The notes under the pieces: generated by a model
What the model saw: the letters and a program-made list of their open reading frames with translations, nothing else
Told to the model about the DNA's origin: nothing
The model's database searches: none
In this document: in pieces, positions 12,001-24,000 of the stretch
Position numbering within the stretch: the first letter of the stretch is position 1
Layout: each line of letters starts with the position of its first letter
Assembly: GCA_964016885.1 (NCBI GenBank)
Contig: OZ024740.1
Coordinates: 77,314,001 to 77,378,000 of the forward strand
Length of the DNA stretch: 64,000 nucleotides
Direction: 5' to 3'
Source: Eledone cirrhosa
Lineage: Eukaryota
Made by a program: the position numbers and the translations under genes

Positions 12001-15000
12001 GAGTTGGGGTTGGTGTTGGTGGTGGGGCTGGAATGCTGTTTATGTTGATGTTGGTGTTGTTAGCGATGGTATGGGAGTTGGTGTTGGTTTTGGTGTTGGG
12101 GCTGGAGTGCTGTTGATGTTGGTGTTGTTAGCGATGGTATTGGAGTTGGCATTGGTGTTGGTGGTGGGGCTGGAGTGCTGTTGATGTTGATGTTGGTGTT
12201 GTTAGCGATGGTATTGGAGTTGGTGTTGGTGGTGGGGCTGGAGTGCTGTTGATGTTGATGTTGGTGTTGTTAGCGATGGTATTGGCGTTGGTGTTGGTGG
12301 TGGGGCTGGAGTGCTGTTGATGTTGATGTTGGTGTTGTTAGCGATGGTATTGGAGTTGGGGTTGGTGTTGGTGGTGGAGCTGGAGTGCTGTTGATGTTGA
12401 TGTTGGTGTTGTTAGCGATGGTATGGGAGTTGGTGTTGGTTTTGGTGTTGGGGCTGGAGTGCTGTTGATGTTGGTGTTGTTAGCGATGGTATTGGAGTTG
12501 GCATTGGTGTTGGTGGTGGGGCTGGAGTGCCGTTGATGTTGATGTTGGTGTTGTTAGCGATGGTATTGGAGTTGGTGTTGGTGGTGGGGCTGGAGTGCTG
12601 TTGATGTTGATGTTGGTGTTGTTAGCAATGGTATTGAAGTTGGGGTTGGTGTTGGTGGTGGAGCTGGAGTGCTGTTGATGTTGATGTTGGTGTTGTTAGC
12701 GATGGTATGGGAGTTGGTGTTGGTTTTGGTGTTGGGGCTGGAGTGCTGTTGATGTTGGTGTTGTTAGCGATGGTATTGGAGTTGGTGTTGGTGGTGGGGC
12801 TGGAGTGCTGTTGATGTTGATGTTGGTGTTGTTAGCGATGGTATTGGAGTTGGTGTTGGTGGTGGGGCTGGAGTGCTGTTGATGTTGATGTTGGTGTTGT
12901 TAGCGATGGTATTGGAGTTGGTGTTGGTGGTGGGGCTGGACTGCTGTTGATGTTGATGTTGGTGTTGTTAGCGATGGTATTGGAGTTGGTGTTGGTGGTG
13001 GGGCTGGAGTGCTGTTGATGTTGATGTTGGTGTTGTTAGCGATGGTATTGGAGTTGTGTTGGAGTTGTGGGTGGGGCTGGAGTGCTGTTGATGTTGATGT
13101 TGGTGTTGTTAGCGATGGTATTGGAGCTGGCGTTGGTTTTGGTGGTGGGGCTGGAGTGCTGTTGATGTTGATGTTAGTGTTGTTAGGGATGGTATTGGAG
13201 TTGGTGTTGGAGTTGTGGGTGGGGCTGGAGTGCTGTTGATGTTGATGTTGGTGTTGTTAGCGATGGTATTGGAGTTGGCGTCGGTGTTGCTGGTGGGGCT
13301 GGAGTGCTGTTGATGTTGATGTTGGTGTTGTTAGCGATGGTATGGGAGTTGGTGTTGGTTTTGGTGTTGGGGCTGGAGTGCTGTTGATGTTGATGTTGGT
13401 GTTGTTAGCGATGGTATTGGAGTTGGCGTTGGTTTTGGTGGTGGGGCTGGAGTGCTGTTGATGTTGATGTTGGTGTTGTTAGCGATGGTATTGGAGATGG
13501 CGTTGGTTTTGGTGGTGGGGCTGGAGTGCTGTTGATGTTGATGTTGGTGTTGTTAGCGATGGTATTGGAGCTGGCGTTGGTGTTGGTGGTGGGGCTGGAG
13601 TGCTGTTGATGTTGATGTTGGTGTTGTTAGCGATGGTATTGGAGCTGGCGTTGGTTTTGGTGGTGGGGCTGGAGTGCTGTTGATGTTGATGTTGGTGTTG
13701 TTAGCGATGGTATTGGAGCTGGCGTTGGTGTTGGTGGTGGGGCTGGAGTGCTGTTGATGTTGATGTTGGTGTTGTTAGCGATGGTATTGGAGCTGGCGTT
13801 GGTGTTGGTGGTGGGGCTGGAGTGCTGTTGATGTTGATGTTGGTGTTGTTAGCGATGGTATTGGAGCTGGCGTTGGTGTTGGTGGTGGGGCTGGAGTGCT
13901 GTTGATGTTGATGTTGGTGTTGTTAGCGATGGTATTGGAGCTGGCGTTGGTGTTGGTGGTGGGGCTGGAGTGCTGTTGATGTTGATGTTGGTGTTGTTAG
14001 CGATGGTATTGGAGCTGGCGTTGGTGTTGGTGGTGGGGCTGGAGTGCTGTTGATGTTGATGTTGGTGTTGTTAGCGATGGTATTGGAGCTGGCGTTGGTT
14101 TTGGTGGTGGGGCTGGAGTGCTGTTGATGTTGATGTTGGTGTTGTTAGCGATGGTATTGGAGCTGGCGTTGGTGTTGGTGGTGGGGCTGGAGTGCTGTTG
14201 ATGTTGATGTTGGTGTTGTTAGCGATGGTATTGGAGCTGGCGTTGGTTTTGGTGGTGGGGCTGGAGTGCTGTTGATGTTGATGTTGGTGTTGTTAGCGAT
14301 GGTATTGGAGCTGGCGTTGGTGTTGGTGGTGGGGCTGGAGTGCTGTTGATGTTGATGTTGGTGTTGTTAGCGATGGTATTGGAGTTGTCGTTGGTGTTAG
14401 TGTTTATGGTGGGGCTGGAGAGCTGTTGCTGTTGATGTTAGTGTTGTTAGCGATGGTATGGGAGTTGGTGTTGGTGGAGGGCTGGAGTGCTGTTGATGTT
14501 GATGTTGGTGTTGTTAGCAATGGTATTGGAGTTGGTGTTGGTGTTGGTGGTGGGGCTGGAATGCTGTTTATGTTGATGTTGGTGTTGTTAGCGATGGTAT
14601 GGGAGTTGGTGTTGGTTTTGGTGTTGGGGCTGGAGTGCTGTTGATGTTGGTGTTGTTAGCGATGGTATTGGAGTTGGCATTGGTGTTGGTGGTGGGGCTG
14701 GAGTGCTGTTGATGTTGATGTTGGTGTTGTTAGCGATGGTATTGGAGTTGGTGTTGGTGGTGGGGCTGGAGTGCTGTTGATGTTGATGTTGGTGTTGTTA
14801 GCGATGGTATTGGCGTTGGTGTTGGTGGTGGGGCTGGAGTGCTGTTGATGTTGATGTTGGTGTTGTTAGCGATGGTATTGGAGTTGGGGTTGGTGTTGGT
14901 GGTGGAGCTGGAGTGCTGTTGATGTTGATGTTGGTGTTGTTAGCGATGGTATGGGAGTTGGTGTTGGTTTTGGTGTTGGGGCTGGAGTGCTGTTGATGTT

Positions 15001-18000
15001 GGTGTTGTTAGCGATGGTATTGGAGTTGGCATTGGTGTTGGTGGTGGGGCTGGAGTGCTGTTGATGTTGATGTTGGTGTTGTTAGCGATGGTATTGGAGT
15101 TGGTGTTGGTGGTGGGGCTGGAGTGCTGTTGATGTTGATGTTGGTGTTGTTAGCGATGGTATTGGAGTTGGTGTTGGTGGTGGGGCTGGAGTGCTGTTGA
15201 TGTTGATGTTGGTGTTGTTAGCAATGGTATTGGAGTTGGGGTTGGTGTTGGTGGTGGAGCTGGAGTGCTGTTGATGTTGATGTTGGTGTTGTTAGCGATG
15301 GTATGGGAGTTGGTGTTGGTTTTGGTGTTGGGGATGGAGTGCTGTTGATGTTGGTGTTGTTAGCGATGGTATTGGAGTTGGTGTTGGTGGTGGGGCTGGA
15401 GTGCTGTTGATGTTGATGTTGGTGTTGTTAGCGATGGTATTGGAGTTGGTGTTGGTGGTGGGGCTGGAGTGCTGTTGATGTTGATGTTGGTGTTGTTAGC
15501 GATGGTATTGGAGCTGGCGTTGGTGTTGGTGGTGGGGCTGGAGTGCTGTTGATGTTGATGTTGGTGTTGTTAGCGATGGTATTGGAGCTGGCGTTGGTGT
15601 TGGTGGTGGGGCTGGAGTGCTGTTGATGTTGATGTTGGTGTTGTTAGCGATGGTATTGGAGCTGGCGTTGGTGTTGGTGGTGGGGCTTGAGTGCTGTTGA
15701 TGTTGATGTTGGTGTTGTTAGCGATGGTATTGGAGCTGGCGTTGGTTTTGGTGGTGGGGCTGGAGTGCTGTTGATGTTGATGTTGGTGTTGTTAGCGATG
15801 GTATTGGAGCTGGCGTTGGTGTTGGTGGTGGGGCTGGAGTGCTGTTGATGTTGATGTTGGTGTTGTTAGCGATGGTATTGGAGATGGCGTTGGTTTTGGT
15901 GGTGGGGCTGGAGTGCTGTTGATGTTGATGTTGGTGTTGTTAGCGATGGTATTGGAGCTGGCGTTGGTGTTGGTGGTGGGGCTTGAGTGCTGTTGATGTT
16001 GATGTTGGTGTTGTTAGCGATGGTATTGGAGCTGGCGTTGGTTTTGGTGGTGGGGCTGGAGTGCTGTTGATGTTGATGTTGGTGTTGTTAGCGATGGTAT
16101 TGGAGCTGGCGTTGGTGTTGGTGGTGGGGCTGGAGTGCTGTTGATGTTGATGTTGGTGTTGTTAGCGATGGTATTGGAGATGGCGTTGGTTTTGGTGGTG
16201 GGGCTGGAGTGCTGTTGATGTTGATGTTGGTGTTGTTAGCGATGGTATTGGAGCTGGCGTTGGTGTTGGTGGTGGGGCTGGAGTGCTGTTGATGTTGATG
16301 TTGGTGTTGTTAGCGATGGTATTGGAGCTGGCGTTGGTTTTGGTGGTGGGGCTGGAGTGCTGTTGATGTTGATGTTGGTGTTGTTAGCGATGGTATTGGA
16401 GCTGGCGTTGGTGTTGGTGGTGGGGCTGGAGTGCTGTTGATGTTGATGTTGGTGTTGTTAGCGATGGTATTGGAGTTGTCGTTGGTGTTAGTGTTTATGG
16501 TGGGGCTGGAGAGCTGTTGCTGTTGATGTTAGTGTTGTTAGCGATGGTATGGGAGTTGGTGTTGGTGGAGGGCTGGAGTGCTGTTGATGTTGATGTTGGT
16601 GTTGTTAGCGATGGTATGGGAGTTGGTGTTTGGTTTTGGTGTTGGGGCTGGAGTGCTGTTGATGTTGGTGTTGTTAGCGATGGTATTGGAGTTGGCATTA
16701 GTGTTGGTGGTGGGGCTGGAGTGCTGTTGATGTTGATGTTGGTGTTGTTAGCGATGGTATTGGAGTTGGTGTTGGTGGTGGGGCTGGAGTGCTGTTGATG
16801 TTGATGTTGGTGTTGTTAGCGATGGTATTGGCGTTGGTGTTGGTGGTGGGGCTGGAGTGCTGTTGATGTTGATGTTGGTGTTGTTAGCGATGGTATTGGA
16901 GTTGGGGTTGGTGTTGGTGGTGGAGCTGGAGTGCTGTTGATGTTGATGTTGGTGTTGTTAGCGATGGTATGGGAGTTGGTGTTGGTTTTGGTGTTGGGGC
17001 TGGAGTGCTGTTGATGTTGGTGTTGTTAGCGATGGTATTGGAGTTGGCATTGGTGTTGGTGGTGGGGCTGGAGTGCTGTTGATGTTGATGTTGGTGTTGT
17101 TAGCGATGGTATTGGAGTTGGTGTTGGTGGTGGGGCTGGAGTGCTGTTGATGTTGATGTTGGTGTTGTTAGCAATGGTATTGGAGTTGGGGTTGGTGTTG
17201 GTGGTGGAGCTGGAGTGCTGTTGATGTTGATGTTGGTGTTGTTAGCGATGGTATGGGAGTTGGTGTTGGTTTTGGTGTTGGGGCTGGAGTGCTGTTGATG
17301 TTGGTGTTGTTAGCGATGGTATTGGAGTTGGTGTTGGTGGTGGGGCTGGAGTGCTGTTGATGTTGATGTTGGTGTTGTTAGCGATGGTATTGGAGTTGGT
17401 GTTGGTGGTGGGGCTGGAGTGCTGTTGATGTTGATGTTGGTGTTGTTAGCGATGGTATTGGCGTTGGTGTTGGTGGTGGGGCTGGACTGCTGTTGATGTT
17501 GATGTTGGTGTTGTTAGCGATGGTATTGGAGTTGGTGTTGGTGGTGGGGCTGGAGTGCTGTTGATGTTGATGTTGGTGTTGTTAGCGATGGTATTGGAGT
17601 TGGTGTTGGTGTTGGTGGTGGGGCTGGAGTGCTGTTGATGTTGATGTTGGTGTTGTTAGCGATGGTATTGGAGTTGGTGTTGGTGTTGGTGGTGGGACTG
17701 GAGCGCTGTTGATGTTGATGTTGGTGTTGTTAGCGATGGTATTGGAGTTGGTGTTGGTGGTGGAGCTGGAGTGTTGTTCATGTTGATGTTGGTGTTGTTA
17801 GCGATGGTATTGGAGTTGGCGTCGGTGTTGGTGGTGGGGCTGGAGTGTTGTTGATGTTGATGTTGGTGTTGTTAGCGATGGTATTGGAGTTGGTGTTGGT
17901 GGTGGAGCTGGAGTGTTGTTCATGTTGATGTTGGTGTTGTTAGCGATGTTATTGGAGGTGGCGTTGGTGTTGGTGCTGGGGCTGGAGTGCTGTTGATGTT

Positions 18001-21000
18001 GATGTTCGTATTGTTAGCGATGGTATTGGAGTTGGTGTTGGTGTTGGTGGTGGGGCTGGAGTGCTGTTGATGTTGATGTTGGTGTTGTTAGCGATGGTAT
18101 TGGAGTTGTCGTTGGTGTTGGTGTTGGTGGTGGGGCTGGAGTGCTGTTGATGTTAATGTTGGTGTTGTTAGCGATGGTATTGGAGTTGGTGTTGGTGGTG
18201 GAGCTGGAGTGTTGTTCATGTTGATGTTGGTGTTGTTAGCGATGTTATTGGAGGTGGCGTTGGTGTTGGTGCTGGGGCTGGAGTGCTGTTGATGTTGATG
18301 TTCGTATTGTTAGCGATGGTATTGGAGTTGGTGTTGGTGTTGGTGGTGGGGCTGGAGTGCTGTTGATGTTGATGTTGGTGTTGTTAGCGATGGTATTGGA
18401 GTTGTCGTTGGTGTTGGTGTTGGTGGTGGGGCTCGAGTGCTGTTGATGTTAATGTTGGTGTTGTTAGCGATGGTATTGGAGTTGGTGTTGGTGGTGGAGC
18501 TGGAGTGTTGTTCATGTTGATGTTGGTGTTGTTAGCGATGTTATTGGAGGTGGCGTTGGTGTTGGTGCTGGGGCTGGAGTGCTGTTGATGTTGATGTTCG
18601 TATTGTTAGCGATGGTATTGGAGTTGGTGTTGGTGTTGGTGGTGGGGCTGGAGTGCTGTTGATGTTGATGTTGGTGTTGTTAGCGATGGTATTGGATTTG
18701 GCGTTGGTGTTGGTGTTGGTGGTGGGGTTGTAGTGCTGTTGATGTTCATGTTGGTGTTGTTAGCGATGGTATGGGAGTTGGTGTTGGATTTGGTGTTCGG
18801 GCTGGCGTGCTGTTGATGTTGATCTTGGTGTTGTTAGGGATGGTATTGGAGTTGGCGTTGGTGTTGGTGTTGGGGCTGGAGTGCTATTGATGTTGATGTT
18901 GGTGTTGTTAGCGATAGTATTGGAGTTGGTGTTGGAGTTGTGGGTGGGGCTGGAGTGCTGTTGATGTTGATATTGGTGTTGTTAGCGATGGTATTGGAGC
19001 TGGCGTTGGTTTTGGTGGTGGGGCTGGAGTGCTGTTGATGTTGATGTTGGTGTTGTTAGCGATGGTATTGGAGCTGGCGTTGGTGTTGGTGGTGGGGCTG
19101 GAGTGCTGTTGATGTTGATGTTGGTGTTGTTAGCGATGGTATGGGAGTTGGTGTTGGTTTTGGTGTTGGGGCTGGAGTGCTGTTGATGTTGGTGTTGTTA
19201 GCGATGGTATTGGAGTTGTCGTTGGTGTTAGTGTTTATGGTGGGGCTGGAGAGCTGTTGCTGTTGATGTTAGTGTTGTTAGCGATGGTATGGGAGTTGGT
19301 GTTGGTGGAGGGCTGGAGTGCTGTTGATGTTGATGTTGGTGTTGTTAGCGATGGTATGGGAGTTGGTGTTGGTTTTGGTGTTGGGGCTGGAGTGCTGTTG
19401 ATGTTGGTGTTGTTAGCGATGGTATTGGAGGTGGCATTGGTGTTGGTGGTGGAGCTGGAGTGCTGTTGATGTTGATGTTGGTGTTGTTAGCGATGGTATG
19501 GGAGTTGGTGTTGGTTTTGGTATTGGGGCTGGAGTGCTGTTGATGTTGGTGTTGTTAGCGATGGTATTGGAGTTGGCATTGGTGTTGGTGGTGGGGCTGG
19601 AATGCTGTTGATGTTGATGTTGGTGTTGTTAGCGATGGTATTGGAGTTGGTGTTGGTGGTGGTGGTGGGACTGGAGTGCTGTTGATGTTGATGTTGGTGT
19701 TGTTAGCGATGGTATTGGAGTTGGTGTTGGTGTTGGTGGTGGGGCTGGAGTGCTGTTGATGTTGATGTTGGTGTTGTTAGCGATGGTATTGGAGTTGGCG
19801 TCGGTGTTGGTGGTGGGGCTGGAGTGTTGTTGATGTTGATGTTGGTGTTGTTAGCGATGGTATTGGAGTTGGTGTTGGTGGTGGAGCTGGAGTGTTGTTC
19901 ATGTTGATGTTGGTGTTGTTAGCGATGTTATTGGAGGTGGCGTTGGTATTGGTGCTGGGGCTGGAGTGCTGTTGATGTTGATGTTCGTATTGTTAGCGAT
20001 GGTATTGGAGATTTTGTTGGTGTTGGTGGTGGGGCTGGACTGCTGTTGATGTTGATGTTGGTGTTGTTAGCGATGGTTTTGGAGTTGGTGTTGGTGGTGG
20101 AGCTGGAGTGTTGTTCATGTTGATGTTGGTGTTGTTAGCGATGTTATTGGAGGTGGCGTTGGTGTTGGTGCTGGGGCTGGAGTGCTGTTGATGTTGATGT
20201 TCGTATTGTTAGCGATGGTATTGGAGTTGGTGTTGGTGTTGGTGGTGGGGCTGGAGTGCTGTTGATGTTGATGTTGGTGTTGTTAGCGATGGTATTGGAG
20301 TTGGCGTCGGTGTTGGTGGTGGGGCTGGAGTGTTGTTGATGTTGATGTTGGTGTTGTTAGCGATGGTATTGGAGTTGGTGTTGGTGGTGGAGCTGGAGTG
20401 TTGTTCATGTTGATGTTGGTGTTGTTAGCGATGTTATTGGAGGTGGCGTTGGTGTTGGTGCTGGGGCTGGAGTGCTGTTGATGTTGATGTTCGTATTGTT
20501 AGCGATGGTATTGGAGTTTTTGTTGGTGTTGGTGGTGGGGCTGGAGTGCTGTTGATGTTGATGTTGGTGTTGTTAGCGATGGTATTGGTGTTGTCGTTGG
20601 TGTTGGTGTTGGTGGTGGGGCTGGAGTGCTGTTGATGTTGATGTTGGTGTTGTTAGCGATGGTTTTGGAGTTGGTGTTGGTGGTGGGGCTGGAGTGCTGT
20701 TGATGTTGATGTTGGTGTTGTTAGCGATGGTATTGGAGTTGGCGTTGGTGTTGGCGTTGGTGTTGGTGTTGGTGCTGGAGTGCTGTTGATGTTGATGTTG
20801 GTGTTGTTAGCGATGGTATTGGAGTTGGCTTTGGTGTTGGTGTTGGGGCTGGAGTGATGTTTATGTTTATGTTGGTGTTGTTAGCGATGGTATTGGAGTT
20901 GGCGTTGGTGTTGGTGTTGGTGGTGTGGCTGGAGTGCTGTTGATATTGATGTTGGTGTTGTTAGCAATGGTATTGGAGTTGGTGTTGGTTGTTGGTGGTG

Positions 21001-24000
21001 GGGCTGGAGTGCAGTTGCTGTTGATATTGATGTTGTTAGCGATGGTATTGGAGTTGGTGTTGGTGATGGTGGTGGGGCTGGAGTGCTGTTGATGTTGATA
21101 TTGGTGTTGTTAGCGATGGTATTGGAGTTGGCGTTGGTGTTGGTGGTGGGGCTGGAGTGTTGTTGATGTTGATGTTGGTATTGTTAGCGATGGTGTTGGA
21201 GTTGGCGTTGGTGTTGGTGATGGGGCTGGAGTGCTGTTGATGTTGATGTTGGTGTTGTTAGCGATGGTATTGGAGTTGGCGTTGGTGTTGGTGGTGGGGC
21301 TGGAGTGCTGTTCATGTTGATGTTGGTTTTGTTAGCGATGGTATTGGAGTTGGTGTTGGTGTTAGTGGTGGGCCTGGAGTGTTGTTGATATTGATGTTGG
21401 TGTTGTTAGCGATGGTATTGGAGTTGGTGTTGGTGTTGGTGGTGGGGCTGGAGTGCTGTTGATGTTGATGTTGGTGTTGTTAGGGATGGTATTGGAGTTG
21501 GCGTTGGTGTTGGTGGTGGGGCTGGAGTGCTGTTGTTGTTGACGTTGGTGTTGTTAGCGATGTTACTGGAGTTGGTGTTGGTGCTGGTGGTGGCGCTGGA
21601 TTGCTGTTGAAGTTGATGGTGTGTTGTTAGCGATGGTATTGGAGTTGACGTTGGTGTTGGTGTTGGTGGTGGGGCTGGAGTGCTGTTGATGTTGATGTTG
21701 TGTTGTTAGCGATGGTATTGGGGTTGGTGTTGGTGGTGGGGCTGGAGTGCTCTAGATGTTGATGTTGGTGTTTTTAGCGATGTTATTGGAGTTGGTGTTG
21801 GTGGTGGGGCTGGAGTGCTCTAGATGTTGATGTTGGTGCTGTTAGCGATGGTATGGGAGTTGGTGTTGGTGGTGGGGCTGGAGACTGTTGATGTTGATGT
21901 TTGTGTTTTTAGCGATGTCATTGGAGGTGGCGTTGGCGTTGGTGTTGGTGGTGGGGCTGGATTGCTGGTGATGTTGATGTTGGTGTTGTTAGCGATGGTA
22001 TTTGTTGGTGTTGGTCGTGGGGCTGGAGTGTTGTTGATGTTGATGTTGGTGTTGGAGTTGGTGGTGTGGCTGGAGTGCTGTTGATGTTGATGTTGGTGTT
22101 GTTAGCGATGGTATTGGAGTTGGCGTTGTTGTTGGTGTTGGTGGTGTGGCTGGAGTGCTGTTGATGTTGATGTTGGTGTTGTTAGCGATGGTATTGGAGT
22201 TGGCGATGGTGTTGGTGTTGGTGGTGGGGCTGAAGTGCTGTTGATGTTGATGTTAGTGTTGTTAGCGATGGGATTGGAGTTGGCGATGGTGTTGGTGTTG
22301 GTGGTGGGGCTGGAGTGCTGTTGATTTTGATGTTAGTGTTGTTAGCGATGGTATTGGAGTTGGCGATGGTGTTGGTGTTGGTGGTGGGGCTGGAGTGCTG
22401 TTGATTTTGATGTTGGTGTTGTTAGCGATGGTATTGGAGTTGGCGATGGTGTTGGTGTTGGTGGGGGGGCTGGAGTGCTTTTGATGTTGATGTTAGTGTT
22501 GTTAGCGATGGTATTGGAGTTGGCGATGGTGTTGGTGTTGGTGGTGGGGCTGGAGTGCTGTTGATTTTGATGTTGGTGTTGTTAGCGATGGTATTGGAGT
22601 TGGCGTTGGTGTTGGTGTTGGTGGTGGGGCTGGATTGCTGTTGATGTTGATGTTGGTGTTGTTAGCGATGGTATTGGAGTTGGCGTTGGTTTTGGTGTTG
22701 GTGGTGGGGTTGGAGTGCTGTTGATGTTAATGTTGGTGTTGTTAGCGATGATATGGGAGTCGGCGTTGATGTTGGTGGTGGGGCTGGAGTGCTGTTGATG
22801 TTGATGTTGGTGTTGTTAGCGATGGTATTGGAATTGGTGTTGGTGGTGGGGCTGGACTGCTGTTGATGTTGATGTTGGTGTTGTTAGCGATGGTATTGGA
22901 GTTGGCGTTGGTGTTGGTGGTGGGGCTGGAGTGCTGTTGATGTTGATGTTGGTGTTGTTAGCGATGGTATTGGAGTTGGCGTTGGTGTTGGTGGTGGGGC
23001 GGGAGTGCTGTTGATGTTGATGTTGGTGTTGTTAGCGATGGTATTGGAGTTGGCGTTGGTGTTGGTGTTGGTGGTGGGGTTGGAGTGCTGTTGATGTTAA
23101 TGTTGGTGTTGTTAGTGATGGTATTGGAGTTGGTGTTGGTGTTGGTGGTGGGGCTGGAGTACAGTTGCTGTTGATGTTGGTGTTGTTAGCGATGGTATTG
23201 GAGTTGGCGTCGGTGTTGGTGGTGGGGCTGGAGTGTTGTTGATGTTGATGTTGGTGTTGTTAGCGATGGTATTGGAGTTGGTGTTGGTGGTGGAGCTGGA
23301 GTGTTGTTCATGTTGATGTTGGTGTTGTTAGCGATGGTATTGGAGTTGGCATTGGTGTTGGTGTTGGGGCTGGAGTGCTGTTGTTGTTGATATTGGTGTT
23401 GTTAGCGATGGTATTGGAGTTGGTGTTGATGTTGGTGGTGGGGCTGGAGTGCTGTTGATGTTGATATTGGTGTTGTTAGCGATGGTATTGGAGTTGGTGT
23501 TGGTGTTGGTGGTGGGGCTGGAGTGCTGTTGATGTTGATGTTGGTGTTGTTAGCGATGGTATTGGAGTTGGTGTTGGAATTGGTGGTGGGGCTGGAGTAC
23601 TGTTGATGTTGATGTTGGTGTTGTTAGCGATGGTATTGGAGTTGGCTTTGGTGTTGGTGGTGGGGCTGGAGTGTTGTTGATATTGATGTTGGTGTTGTTA
23701 GCGATGGTATTGGAGTTGATGTTGGTGTTGGTGGTGGGGCTGGAGTGCTGATGATGTTGATGTTGGTGTTGTTAGCGATGGTATTGGAGTTGGTGTTGGT
23801 GGTGGTGGTGGGGCTGGAGTGCTGTTGATGTTGATGTTGGTGTTGTTAGCGATGGTGTTGGTGTTGGTGTTGGGGCTGTTGTGCTGTTGATGTTGATGTT
23901 GGTGTTGGGGCTGGAGTGCTGTTGATGTTGGTGTTGTTAGCGATGGTATTGGAGTTGGCATTGGTGTTGGTGGTGGAGCTGGAGTGCTGTTGATGTTGAT

